DNA of 64,000 bases from assembly GCA_963740315.1 (NCBI GenBank), contig CAVUDP010000002.1:1728001-1792000 (forward strand). Direction: 5' to 3'. Positions 29,726 to 40,827 of the stretch are shown piece by piece; the stretch's first letter is position 1, and each line of letters begins with the position of its first letter. The notes below the pieces were generated by a model. That model searched no databases and had not been told where the DNA came from. It was given only the letters and a program-made list of their open reading frames with translations. The DNA is from an uncultured cyanobacterium (GTDB lineage Bacteria > Cyanobacteriota > Cyanobacteriia > Cyanobacteriales > Nostocaceae). The translations under genes were made by a program, and so were the position numbers.

Positions 29726-31624
29726 TTACTCAACTGTTACCGATTTAGCCAAGTTTCTCGGCTGATCGACATCCAAACCGCGACGAGCAGCGATGTGATA
29801 AGCCAATAATTGTAAAGGTATTACCGTCAAAATAGGTGAAAGTAATTCATCTACTGTAGAAACGGGAATCAAATCGTTGAACACTTCTGCTGCTGATTCA
29901 TCGTCAGCGGGTGCAACTCCAATTAATCTTGAATCGCGGGCTTTGGCTTCCTGGGCGTTGGAAATCACTTTTTCGTGTACGCTACCCGGCATAGCGATCG
30001 CAACTACTGGAACTTTCTCATCTAAAAGCGCGATCGGACCGTGTTTCATTTCACCTGCGGGATATCCTTCGGCGTGAATGTAGCTGATTTCTTTTAATTT
30101 TAAAGCGCCTTCTAAAGCGATCGGGAAGTTAATTCCTCTACCTAAAAATATAAAGTCTCTGGTTTCGGTGAATTCGTGAGCTAGTTGTTCGGCTAATTTT
30201 TCCTGTTTTTGCAGATTTTCTTCTATTTCTTTGGGAATCATCCGCAATCCGGCAATCATTTCCACGATTCTTTCGCCGGGAACCGTTTTACAACGATAAG
30301 CTAAATCTAACGCCAACGCATAAAACGCCATCAATTGAGCAACAAAGGTTTTTGTCGCCGCTACCCCGATTTCAATTCCGGCAAAAGTATTAATAATATG
30401 CGGTATCATTAACCCCAAGCTGCTTTCTGGGCGATTGGTTATACCCAAAAGTCTGGGGTGAAATTTCGCTTCTTTTGCTTCCCGACGTTGTTTTTCCATC
30501 GCTAAAGCTGCTAAAGTATCCGCTGTTTCACCGGATTGAGTTACGCCAATTATCAAGGTATTGGGGGTTAAAGGCGTTGGTGAATAGCGGAATTCGGAAG
30601 CGTAATGCACCTGAGTGGGAATTCCCGCAAATTGTTCTAATAAGTATTTTCCGACTAATGCGGCGTGCCAACTAGTACCGCAGGCTAATATTTGTATTTG
30701 TTCTAAATCAGCATAAAGTTCTTCTGGTAAACCAAGATTTACCGGGGAATTTGTATAATCGAGAGTATCGTGATGGCTGAAATAAGCATCCAAACAAGCC
30801 CTTACCACACCTGGTTGCTCGTAGATTTCCTTGAGCATAAAGTGCTTGAATCCCTGCTTCTCCACCATTACAGGGTTCATATTCAGCAATCGGGGCTGTT
30901 TTTTCAACCTTTCCCCAGCAAAGTTATAAACCTCCACACCCAAAGGCGTTAAACGTGCCATTTCCCCATTATCAAGATTTAGCACCGCACGGGTATAAGA
31001 AATAATCGCTGGAGTATCCGAAGCACAGAAAAATTCACCTTGTCCGAAACCAATTACCAAAGGCGCTTGCTGACGCACCAGAATGATTTCATCGGGAAAA
31101 TCCGCACAAATAACAGCAACAGCAAACGCACCAGTTAGTTGATTAACTGCTTTTCGTACTGCTTCCAAAAACATTGCATCCGGAGCGGTTTCCCCTAAAG
31201 CAACTTCTTCTTTAAGAAATTGAGCGATTAAATGGGGAATAACCTCAGTATCGGTATCCGAACGAAAATCATGACCTTGAGCCTTTAATTCTTCCCGTAA
31301 CTCGCGGTAATTTTCAACAATACCATTCATGACAACCGCCACCCGCATAGCAGTATCCATATGGGGGTGAGCGTTGTATTCTTCCGGCTTACCATGCGTA
31401 GCCCATCTGGTATGTCCGATACCAACACGCGCCGGATTTTCTAACCGTTCCAACTTAGAACGAAGATTGTGTAACTTACCTTTAGCCCTTACACTGCTAA
31501 TCTCACCTTCAGATATCGTAGCGATTCCAGCAGAATCATAGCCCCGATATTCCAACTTTTCCAAACCCGCGAGTAAAACCTCAGTCGCAGTTTGCGTGCC
31601 GATATAACCGACAATTCCGCACAT
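29726..31624 (-). CDS. glmS: Glutamine--fructose-6-phosphate aminotransferase
   Basis: MCGIVG start, GHTRWATHG, C-terminal PRNLAKSVTVE. Confidence 0.99.
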   Translation of the reverse strand: MCGIVGYIGTQTATEVLLAGLEKLEYRGYDSAGIATISEGEISSVRAKGKLHNLRSKLERLENPARVGIGHTRWATHGKPEEYNAHPHMDTAMRVAVVMNGIVENYRELREELKAQGHDFRSDTDTEVIPHLIAQFLKEEVALGETAPDAMFLEAVRKAVNQLTGAFAVAVICADFPDEIILVRQQAPLVIGFGQGEFFCASDTPAIISYTRAVLNLDNGEMARLTPLGVEVYNFAGERLKKQPRLLNMNPVMVEKQGFKHFMLKEIYEQPGVVRACLDAYFSHHDTLDYTNSPVNLGLPEELYADLEQIQILACGTSWHAALVGKYLLEQFAGIPTQVHYASEFRYSPTPLTPNTLIIGVTQSGETADTLAALAMEKQRREAKEAKFHPRLLGITNRPESSLGLMIPHIINTFAGIEIGVAATKTFVAQLMAFYALALDLAYRCKTVPGERIVEMIAGLRMIPKEIEENLQKQEKLAEQLAHEFTETRDFIFLGRGINFPIALEGALKLKEISYIHAEGYPAGEMKHGPIALLDEKVPVVAIAMPGSVHEKVISNAQEAKARDSRLIGVAPADDESAAEVFNDLIPVSTVDELLSPILTVIPLQLLAYHIAARRGLDVDQPRNLAKSVTVE

Positions 31625-31940
31625 AGTTCACACCACTCCATTTTCAGGATGACTTAACTGGTTATAGTAGTTAACACATCCTTCAGGGTTTAGCCAAGGA
31701 TAACGGGGTAAATTACGACTTGATTTTACAGATTACGGAGATGGGGGGATGGGGGGACAAGGGGAGAGGGGGGAGAGGGGGTAGAGGGGGGAGAGGGGGT
31801 AGAAATAAAAGCTTCTAACTCATAACTCCTAACTCATAACTCCTAACTCCTAACTATGCCCTATGCCCCATGCCCATTCACGCGGCTAGCGGAGCGTACC
31901 GTAGGTATTGCGTGCGGGCGTATCCCAATTCCCATCTTAA

Positions 31941-32186
31941 TTAGTAAGCTAAGCCCATACTGCGGGTGGTTTCAGCGCCCAGGTAAACCCGGATGCTCAA
32001 AAAGTCAGTAGGGCAAGCCGTTTCACAGCGTTTGCAGCCAACACAGTCTTCGATACGGGGAGAAGCGGCTACTTGTTGAGCCTTACAACCATCCCAAGGC
32101 ACCATTTCTAGAACGTCAGTAGGACAAGCCCGAACGCACTGAGTGCAGCCAATGCAGGTATCGTAAATCTTAACGGTATGAGACAT
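31941..32186 (-). CDS. psaC: Photosystem I iron-sulfur centre subunit
   Basis: [22 protein letters not shown]...RSMGLAY, 81 aa. Confidence 0.99.
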   Translation of the reverse strand: MSHTVKIYDTCIGCTQCVRACPTDVLEMVPWDGCKAQQVAASPRIEDCVGCKRCETACPTDFLSIRVYLGAETTRSMGLAY

Positions 32187-32701
32187 TTTAAAAAGCTCCT
32201 TTCCGAGTGTTCTTCTCTGAAAAAGAATAATAATCAAGGCTTAGTTTACCTCAGTGTCTGACCCGTTGTATTCAAAAGGCGATATAACTTCAAAGAACGT
32301 AATAACTGGAATGAGAAATTGGGGATTGGGGCATAGCTCACGGAGTTATGAGTTATGAGTTATGAGTTAGGAGATGATATTGCGGAGGAAGCGGAGGAAG
32401 CGGAGGAAGCGGAGGAAGAAAATAAATAATTAGTTTTCTAGTAAAAAAATCAATTGCCTCCTCTGCCTCCTCTGCCCCCTCTCCCCATCCCCCCATCCCC
32501 CCATCCCCCCATCTCCCCATCCCCCTCTCCCCTCTCCCCCCATCTCCTCAATTGCGAACTATTATCGTAATAAATAGGTATTGGTTAAATCTTTAGTTGT
32601 AACTAAGATGGCAGCGTAATAATAAAAATTGACAAACAATTAAGCTGATATACGACTGAATACCTGATAATTAAGTATATTTGCCATTCCGAAAACGCCT
32701 T

Positions 32702-33448
32702 ATGAGAGAACTGGAGCGGTACTACAGAATTTTGGAATTAGAGCCTGGAGCGTCGCTTGAAGAAGTTAACCAGGCTTATAGGGATTTGGCTTTTATTTGG
32801 CACCCGGATAGAATTCCTCAAGAAAAAGAGCGGTTGCAAGAAAAGGCACGCAAGAAGTTACAGGAACTTAATGAAGCTCGGGAACAGTTACGCTCTGTTA
32901 AGGCGAAGTATAAATCTCAGCCTAATTCCTACGCGCCTTCTCAACCGAAAAAAACTGCTGCACCTACTAGCACTCAGCCTAATTCCTATGCACCCTATCA
33001 ACAAAAATGGACTCCTAAATCTACACCTACACCTACTCCTACACCCACACCCCAACCTAGAGGTTATCAAGCTCCTTCACAAAAGTACGATTTGAGCGGA
33101 CAAGATTTTAGTCGCGCTAATCTCAAGGGAAGGGATTTATCTGGTAGAAATCTCAGCTACGCTAAATTGAGCGGTGCCAACCTTAGCGATGCTTTTATGC
33201 ATAAGATAATTTTGCGAGGTGCTGACTTGTCGGATGCTAATTTATTTCGAGCAAACTTACTTTTAGCCGATATGAAAGAAGCTAATCTCCAAGGTGCTGA
33301 CTTAATTGGCGCTGACTTAAGCGGTGCCGATTTACGTGGTGCTGACTTGAGAGGAGCAAGAATTCGTTCTGGCGATCGCCTACTTGTTAAACTCATCGGA
33401 GCTAACTTGTCGGGAGCAATTATGCCCGATGGCTCGATTCATGAATAA
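32702..33448 (+). CDS. J-domain plus pentapeptide-repeat protein
   Basis: HPD motif, Pro/Thr linker, A(D/N)LxG pentapeptides. Confidence 0.92.
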   Translation: MRELERYYRILELEPGASLEEVNQAYRDLAFIWHPDRIPQEKERLQEKARKKLQELNEAREQLRSVKAKYKSQPNSYAPSQPKKTAAPTSTQPNSYAPYQQKWTPKSTPTPTPTPTPQPRGYQAPSQKYDLSGQDFSRANLKGRDLSGRNLSYAKLSGANLSDAFMHKIILRGADLSDANLFRANLLLADMKEANLQGADLIGADLSGADLRGADLRGARIRSGDRLLVKLIGANLSGAIMPDGSIHE

Positions 33449-33991
33449 ATAATTAAGAAATGGTTGATTACTCCTATCTTTCGGAAAGATTACCGGCTTT
33501 GAGGGAGTAGGGAGTAGGGAGTAGGGAGTAGGAAAAGAAATTGTATCGGCAATCTGATAAGCGAGAAGGGATTAATTGTAAATCTAATATCTCACCTACA
33601 ATCAAATGCGTTTTTGTCTAAACCGATGGAACCTACTTATTGAATTATTCCCAATCGATATATAGTCAATTTGTACGTTTAATTGCTTAACTTTGTTCTT
33701 TTATTGGTAATCAAGTAAACCTATTTAGTACGGATATTTCTAATTGTTTGTTTAAAAATTAAAGATTGTTTTGATTTATAATTATCTCTCGATACTATTT
33801 TGATAAGTATAAGAGAGATTTTTTTGTAAGTATTGACGCTCTATACAGATACGACTACAAGCATATGAAAATAAATACGGAAACAACAGGCGGTGAATAC
33901 TTGTAAATAAAATAACTTCCAACCTGACGCATGTTGTGAAGTGCCTGCAATGTGAGAAACTTGGCTAAGTCGTTATTAAACAAGAATAAAA

Positions 33992-34477
33992 ATGGGTAAT
34001 ACAATATCTGACGTTATAGTCAAAACAATGGATGGGAAAGAAAAGAAATTAGGCGAGTATACTAATAAAGTACTTCTAATTGTCAACGTAGCTTCCCAAT
34101 GCGGTTATACTTCGCAATACGCAGGACTTGAAAAGCTGCATCAAAATTACGAAGAAGCAGGGTTAAGGATTTTAGCTTTTCCATGCAACGACTTCGGAGA
34201 ACAAGAGCCTGGAAGCAATGAGGAGATTTTGGACTTCTGTACCAGGAATTACGATATAACCTTTGAATTATTTGATAAACTCCATGCTAAAGGTGAAAAA
34301 CAGCATCAACTTTATGCCAGACTCACAACCGCAATTGAACCAAAAGGACCTATTGCTTGGAACTTTGAAAAGTTTTTAATTAACAAGCACGGTGAAGTAA
34401 TAGCCCGGTTTAAAAGCAGCGTTAAGCCAAATTCCCCTGAATTGATTTCCGCTATCGAAAGAGAAATAGCGCAATAA
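33992..34477 (+). CDS. Glutathione peroxidase family protein
   Basis: 'VNVASQCG', 'FPCNDFG', 'WNFEKFLI'. Confidence 0.95.
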   Translation: MGNTISDVIVKTMDGKEKKLGEYTNKVLLIVNVASQCGYTSQYAGLEKLHQNYEEAGLRILAFPCNDFGEQEPGSNEEILDFCTRNYDITFELFDKLHAKGEKQHQLYARLTTAIEPKGPIAWNFEKFLINKHGEVIARFKSSVKPNSPELISAIEREIAQ

Positions 34478-34517
34478 TTGATAATTGATAATCGATCGCT
34501 ATGGGTGCTTTAATTTT

Positions 34518-35343
34518 ATGAACATTGCAATTATTGGTTGTGGATATGTAGGTTATGCAGTCGCTAAATACTGGAAGCAAAATGATGATTTAGTTGTAAC
34601 TGCAACTACAACAACTCCAGAGCGCATACCAACTTTACAAGAAGTTGCGGAAAAAGTAGAAGTTGTCCAAGGTTCAAATGCACAAGCTTTAAAATCGGTA
34701 TTGCAAAATCAAGATGTTATCCTTTTAAGTGTTGGTCCAAAAAGTCGCGATGTTTATGAAGAGACTTATCTAAAAACTGCTGAAACTATAGTTTCGGTAT
34801 TACAGCAAATTCCCACCGTAAAACAGTTAATATATACAGCAAGCTATTCGGTTTATGGAGATAGAAATGGCGCTTGGGTAGATGAAGAAACACCAACCGC
34901 ACCAAATAATCCCAATGGTGAAATTTTGGATTCGAACTGAACAAACTTTGCTTTGTGCTAATAGCGAAAAGCTGCGGGTTTGTATATTGCGATTGGGAGG
35001 TATTTACGGCGAGGGTAGAACCTTGCTTAAAATATTTAGTAGAGCCTTTGGTGAAACTCGTCCCGGTAATGGTGAAGATACCACAAATTGGATTCACTTA
35101 GATGATATTGTCGGTGCAATTGAATTTGCACGTTCCTCTCAACTAGAAGGGATTTATAATTTAGTTGATGATGCACATCTTCCCATTAGAGAATTAATCG
35201 ATAATTTATGTCAAAAGTACGATAAACCAAAAGTTACGTGGGATGCTTCTCAAACAAAAACCCGCGCTTATAATTCCAAAGTATCCAACGAGAAGATAAA
35301 ACTTGCGGGATACAAATTGATTCATCCACAGATGATTTTTTGA
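34518..35343 (+). pseudogene. NAD-dependent epimerase/SDR, one frameshift near 34928 (possibly sequencing error)
   Basis: IIGCGYVG, 'SVYGD', then 'ILRLGGIYG' and 'NWIHLDDIV' in another frame; removing one G of TTGG gives a 274-aa ORF. Confidence 0.8.
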
Positions 35344-35352
35344 TTTATACCA

Positions 35353-36279
35353 ATGATTGCTCAAGATAAAACAGCAAATACAAATTATTACACCTGGAAA
35401 AACTTCCGCTGCGCCTACTCCGTTTATACTCCTACAAATTCAACACCCGAAAGTATACCCTTATTATTAATTCATCCCATCGGTGTTGGTTTATCGCGGC
35501 ACTTTTGGCAAAGATTTTGTAATGAATGGGATAATATTGGTAATCGTAATTTGATTTATAATCCCGATTTATTAGGATGCGGTGAAAGCGATATGCCGCG
35601 TTTAGCTTATTATCCTATTGATTGGGCAGAACAATTAGAATACTTTATTAAAACTATAGTAAAACAGCCTGTAGCTTTAGTAGTACAAGGTGCATTATTT
35701 CCCGTAGCTATAGAATTAGCCAAAAAACAACCAGATTTAATCGCTGGAATTATTTTATCAGGGCCTCCTGCTTGGAGTGTAATGACTAAACCAGCACCAG
35801 AATGGCAGCAAAAATTATTGTGGAATCTGTTATTTGATTCACCTTCAGGAAATCTTTTTTATCGCTACGCAAGACGCAAGAAATTTTTAGAAGATTTTTC
35901 CATCAAGCAGCTATTTGATTCAAAAGCAGACGTTGATGATGAATGGTTGGATACTTTGCGCGAAGGTGCAAAAAATCCATCAAGTCGCTATGCAGTTTTT
36001 TCCTTCTTAGCCGGATTTTGGCGAAAAGACTATCAGAAAGACATAGAATCGATCGCGCAGCCAACACTAGCAGTATTTGGCGAAGCAGCATCAAGTATCA
36101 GTCAAACAGGTAAAAAAGATACAACCGAAAAACGTTTAGCCGATTATAATTTACATCTACCTCAAGGAAAGGCGATCGCAATTCCCGGAAGAAACGTATT
36201 ACCTTACGAATCAACAGCAGAATTTGTAAAAGCCATAACACATGAAGTGAATCAGTTACCAGTAACCAGTAACCAGTAA
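35353..36279 (+). CDS. Alpha/beta fold hydrolase
   Basis: 'LLLIHPIG', 'PDLLGCGESD'. Confidence 0.88.
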   Translation: MIAQDKTANTNYYTWKNFRCAYSVYTPTNSTPESIPLLLIHPIGVGLSRHFWQRFCNEWDNIGNRNLIYNPDLLGCGESDMPRLAYYPIDWAEQLEYFIKTIVKQPVALVVQGALFPVAIELAKKQPDLIAGIILSGPPAWSVMTKPAPEWQQKLLWNLLFDSPSGNLFYRYARRKKFLEDFSIKQLFDSKADVDDEWLDTLREGAKNPSSRYAVFSFLAGFWRKDYQKDIESIAQPTLAVFGEAASSISQTGKKDTTEKRLADYNLHLPQGKAIAIPGRNVLPYESTAEFVKAITHEVNQLPVTSNQ

Positions 36280-36382
36280 TGAGTTAGGAGTTATGAGTTA
36301 GGAATTATGAGTTAAGAATTTCCAGTTATTTTATTTTACTTTACCTTTGACCTTTAACCTTTAACCTTTGACCTAAAATACT

Positions 36383-37366
36383 TTGTGGTTAATTAAATTT
36401 TGGACAAATGTTTTCGCAGGATTTGCGGCGATCGCTACTTTATTAAGTCTTGCTGGTAGAAAATGGTGGGTGTTTGCGTTAATGGAACATCCCAGAGTTC
36501 AGTATTCGCTGATTTTAGTTATTGCGCTGTTTGTTAGTTTATTAACTTCAAAGCGAATTAATATTTGGAATTTTTTATGTGCGATCGCTTTATCGATCAA
36601 TTTGATTCTAATTTTGCCTTTATTTATTCCTCACCAAATTTCAACTCAAGCGTCAAATACTCCACAACAAACTATTCGCATAATTCATGCAACACTTGAT
36701 AGTAAACAACCAGATGTAACGAAAGCAATAGAATATCTAAACAAGCAAGAAACAGATATTTTATTTCTATTAGAAGTCACTCCCCAATCCTTAACGCAAT
36801 TTAATAGAGGATTGACAAATTACCGTCTAATTGCCACCCAACCGGAATACAACAGTCATGGAATCGCTTGGTTTATACCCGAAGAAAAAACGAAACCAAT
36901 CGAATTAAGAACGGTAGAATTTATTACTTTACCAATTTACAATAATCGTGCCTTATTAAAAGCAACAATTTCCTACGACGGTAGAGAAATGGTTTTACTT
37001 TGCTTCCATGTAATTAGTCCCCGCAATCCTGAAACGGTAACATATCAAGAGATAGAATTTGATGCCCTTGCTAACTGGAGTCAAATGTTACAAAAAAGCA
37101 AACAAGATTTAATTGTAATTGGTGATTTTAATAGTACTCCTTGGTATGGACCATTTCGCCAATTATTAAATAAAAGTGGTTTGATAAACTCTCAACGCGG
37201 ATTCGGAATACAAACTACTTGGCATTCCACTTTTCCCCCAATATTTAGAATTCCCATAGATAACTGCTTGCATAGCAAATCGTTAACTACTGTACGTCGT
37301 TTTATTGGTGAAAATATTGGTTCGGATCATTTACCTTTATTTGTCGAATTGAAATTAGGTTCGTAG
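36383..37366 (+). CDS. Membrane-anchored endonuclease/exonuclease/phosphatase family protein
   Basis: Three N-terminal TM segments, 'IGDFNSTPW', 'IPID', 'GSDHLP'. Confidence 0.9.
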   Translation: MWLIKFWTNVFAGFAAIATLLSLAGRKWWVFALMEHPRVQYSLILVIALFVSLLTSKRINIWNFLCAIALSINLILILPLFIPHQISTQASNTPQQTIRIIHATLDSKQPDVTKAIEYLNKQETDILFLLEVTPQSLTQFNRGLTNYRLIATQPEYNSHGIAWFIPEEKTKPIELRTVEFITLPIYNNRALLKATISYDGREMVLLCFHVISPRNPETVTYQEIEFDALANWSQMLQKSKQDLIVIGDFNSTPWYGPFRQLLNKSGLINSQRGFGIQTTWHSTFPPIFRIPIDNCLHSKSLTTVRRFIGENIGSDHLPLFVELKLGS

Positions 37367-37960
37367 TAAGGACTTTAGTCCTAAATCCGAGGGCTTAAGC
37401 CCTAACTACGAACCTTTAATTATCGAATTGAAATTAGGTTCGTAGTAAGGACTTTAGTCCTAAATCCGAGGGCTTAAGCCCTAACTACGAACCTTTATTT
37501 GTTGAATTGAAATTAGGTTCGTAGTAAGGACTTTAGTCCTAAATCCGAGGGCTTAAGCCCTAACTACGAACCTTTATTTGTTGAATTGAAATTAGGTTCG
37601 TAGTAAGGACTTTAGTCCTAAATCCGAGGGCTTAAGCCCTAACTACGAACCTTTAATTATCGAATTGAAATTAGGTTCGTAGTAAGGACTTTAGTCCTAA
37701 ATCCGAGGGCTTAAGCCCTAACTACGAACCTTTAATTATCGAATTGAAATTAGGTTCGTAGTAAGGACTTTAGTCCTAAATCCGAGGGCTTAAGCCCTAA
37801 CTACGAACCTTTATTTGTTGAATTGAAATTAGGTTCGTAGTAAGGACTTTAGTCCTAAATCCGAGGGCTTAAGCCCTAACTACGAACCTTTAATTATCGA
37901 ATTGAAATTAGGTTTGTCCTAAATCCGAGGGAACCAATGCCCTGAGTAGGAACCTTTATT
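37333..37960. repeat. 79-bp tandem array: seven complete units and one degenerate unit
   Basis: GAATTGAAATTAGGTT recurs at 37346, 37425, 37504, 37583, 37662, 37741, 37820, 37899. Confidence 0.97.
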
Positions 37961-38008
37961 TTCCTACATAATTAATAAAATAGACTAATAATCGATCGTC
38001 GATCGCTT

Positions 38009-40486
38009 TTAACTCTTTTGTATAGAAGATGCGATTAATTTATGGAAAGATGCCAAAAAGCTCTTAAGATTTTCCCAAAACATAATTTTTTGCGTACTGT
38101 TTTGAGCAAATGTTGTTAGCTGAGCGAACCACTTTGCGAAAAATTGAGATTTTTCTAAGATATGCTCAACAATTCGATCGGCTGATACTATGTTTTTCTC
38201 TACTTCTTGAGAAGCTTCTGTCTGATTAGTAGCAGTTTGGATTGTGTTACCCATTAATCTACCTATTTGCATATTTACGGTGAAAATACGATCTAGTTTT
38301 TGTTTGTTGGTTTGTAGCGATCGCGTGCAAGTTGATATCTGTTGACTTCTAGCTTTTATTATCTCAATTATTTCGTTGATTTTTTCGATTTCACCAGTAA
38401 GTAGTTGAGTTTCTACTATTTGCGGATCGAGTTCGATGGTTTCAGTGTTTTTAACAGCTTCTTCAAGAGCGGAAATACTCTCTAAGGTAGATTTTATATT
38501 AATTCGTTCTTCTTCTAATAATTCGTAGTTCCGCTGTACTTGTTTTTCTATTTCCTCGGCGGTTGTTTTCGTGACTTTAGCGGTATCTAAAATCTCTTTA
38601 ATTTGCTTTCGACAAACAGCAAGATAATTTGAGAGGTTTAAACCTTTAGTCCAAAAAGCTTTAAAAATCATTTGACTATCCTGAGATAGTTCGATAATTA
38701 CCTGTCGTAAATCTTCTTGTTGGGGAAGATAAACACCTTTGTTTATTTCATTTGCTAAAACGTTGCTTTCTATAAGTTTGGCATTTTCTAAGGCAAAACC
38801 TACCTGCATGGCAATCGAAGAAAACCACCTGATTTCATAAGAATGCCAATCGCGAAATTTGGAACATTGATTCGCAACTAACAAACCGAGCAATTTCCCT
38901 TCGTTGATAATTGGTGCAACCAAATTAGCTTTAATTTCTAATCTTTCAAGTTGCTCGATATGACAAGGAGTGAGATTTGTTTCATAAATATTTGCAATTG
39001 CTCTGACTCGTCCATTTTCATATTTTTCGAGGTATTTAGCTTCAAAACAAGGATCTTGCATTACCATTCCCAAGCCTTTTGTGAAGCGAGGAGCCACCGA
39101 TTCGGCAATTATTTCCCCATAATTCACTTCATTTAATCCATAAACGACAACGCGATCGCACTCTAATATTCGACGGCTTTCTTCGGTTGCAACTTTGAGA
39201 ATATCTTCTCTTACCAGAGATTGACGAATCAGTTTAACGGTATCCGTAAAGTATTGCGTCCATTGGGTTTCGATATCTGCTTGTAATCTCAAATTCTCAG
39301 CTTCTGCTAAAACATTAGCATTTTCTAAAGCAAAACCTACCTGCATGGCAATAGAAGAAAACCATCTGATTTCATAAGGATGCCAATCGCGGAATTCGGA
39401 ACATTGATTGGCAACTAACAAACCTAGCAGTTTCCCTTCGTTGATAATTGGTGCAACCAAATTAGCTTTGATTTCGAGTCTTTCAAGTTGCTCGATATGA
39501 CAAGGAGTAAGATTTACTTGATAAATATTTGCAATCGCTCTGACTCGTCCATTTCGATATTTTTCCAGGTATTTAGCTTCAAAACAAGGATCTTGCATTA
39601 CCATTCCCAAGCCTTTTGTGAAGCGAGGAGCCACTGATTCGGCAATTATTTCTCCATAAGAATCTCGATTTAATCCATAAACGACAACGCGATCGCACTC
39701 TAATATTCGACGACTTTCTTCAGTTGCAACTTTGAGAATATCTTCTTTTACCAGAGATTGACGAATCAGTTTAACAGTGTCGGTAAAATACTGTGTCCAT
39801 TCGGTTTCGATATCTGCTTGCTTTTTAAGATTGGCAGTTTCAGCTACAACATTAGCATTATCGAGAGCAAAACCTACCTGCGCGGCAATCAACGAAAACC
39901 ACGTAATTTCATGAGCAAGCCAATAACGTGGTTGGGAACATTGATGAGCAACTAACAAACCCAGCAGTTTCCCTCCACTGATAATAGGTGCAACTAAGTT
40001 CGCTTTGACTTCCAATTTCTCAAGTTGCTCGATATAACAAGGAGCCAGATTTGCTTCTTTTATATTTGGAATCGCTTTAACCCGCCCTTGCAGATACTTT
40101 TCGATGTACCTAGCTTCAAAACAAGGATCTACGATCGTCTCTCCCAAAGCTTTCGTGAAACCAGGAGCAACCGATTCAGCACTTATCATTCCCCGTGATT
40201 CGTTTAAGCCATAAACCACAACGCGATCGCAACCAACTACTCGACGCACTTCTTCTGTTGCAGTTTTGAGAATATCTTCTTTTATCAAAGATTGGCGAAT
40301 GTATTTCACCGTTTCGGTAAAGTACTGCGCCCATTCCATATCAAGATTGGTTTGTTGTTCGTAGATAAGTAGTTGCTGAGATTCTTCAACAGTAGCTTCA
40401 AGAACATCTGTAGACTCATCAGACAAATTTTGCTCTGAAGAAAGCCCTTGACCATTTGTGGAACTATTAAAGTAATTATGAGTCAT
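38009..40486 (-). CDS. Cyanobacteriochrome with three DXCF-type GAF domains and a coiled-coil (degenerate MCP-like) tail
   Basis: Three 'CDRVVVY...DPCF...PC(Y/H)...ANLVAPI' GAF units. Confidence 0.88.
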   Translation of the reverse strand: MTHNYFNSSTNGQGLSSEQNLSDESTDVLEATVEESQQLLIYEQQTNLDMEWAQYFTETVKYIRQSLIKEDILKTATEEVRRVVGCDRVVVYGLNESRGMISAESVAPGFTKALGETIVDPCFEARYIEKYLQGRVKAIPNIKEANLAPCYIEQLEKLEVKANLVAPIISGGKLLGLLVAHQCSQPRYWLAHEITWFSLIAAQVGFALDNANVVAETANLKKQADIETEWTQYFTDTVKLIRQSLVKEDILKVATEESRRILECDRVVVYGLNRDSYGEIIAESVAPRFTKGLGMVMQDPCFEAKYLEKYRNGRVRAIANIYQVNLTPCHIEQLERLEIKANLVAPIINEGKLLGLLVANQCSEFRDWHPYEIRWFSSIAMQVGFALENANVLAEAENLRLQADIETQWTQYFTDTVKLIRQSLVREDILKVATEESRRILECDRVVVYGLNEVNYGEIIAESVAPRFTKGLGMVMQDPCFEAKYLEKYENGRVRAIANIYETNLTPCHIEQLERLEIKANLVAPIINEGKLLGLLVANQCSKFRDWHSYEIRWFSSIAMQVGFALENAKLIESNVLANEINKGVYLPQQEDLRQVIIELSQDSQMIFKAFWTKGLNLSNYLAVCRKQIKEILDTAKVTKTTAEEIEKQVQRNYELLEEERINIKSTLESISALEEAVKNTETIELDPQIVETQLLTGEIEKINEIIEIIKARSQQISTCTRSLQTNKQKLDRIFTVNMQIGRLMGNTIQTATNQTEASQEVEKNIVSADRIVEHILEKSQFFAKWFAQLTTFAQNSTQKIMFWENLKSFLASFHKLIASSIQKS

Positions 40487-40827
40487 TATATATCTATGAA
40501 TATAAAAAAGTGAAAGTATATTTACGGTCTGTTACTTGATATAATTTATAACACCGTATGACTTAGTTAAATACATATCAAAAGTTAGATTTATCGCAAA
40601 TAAGTAGTTAAGTAAAATTATTTAAATTTATTTTTCCTTATTTGTATTTTAAATTACAAAATAGTCATACATTGTTTTAACTATTATAATTTTGTAGACA
40701 TGATTCTAATAATTATTGGCTAGTTCTAAGTAATATACCAAATAATATATCAAGAGAATAAAAAAAAATATGCAATTGCTATATATTGCAATTACATATT
40801 CTGAATCGATTTAAATTAGATAAATGT

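Noticed and set aside
37333..37960. Possible second CRISPR array
   Set aside because: Only two linker alleles, derived from the adjacent gene; no unique spacers or leader.
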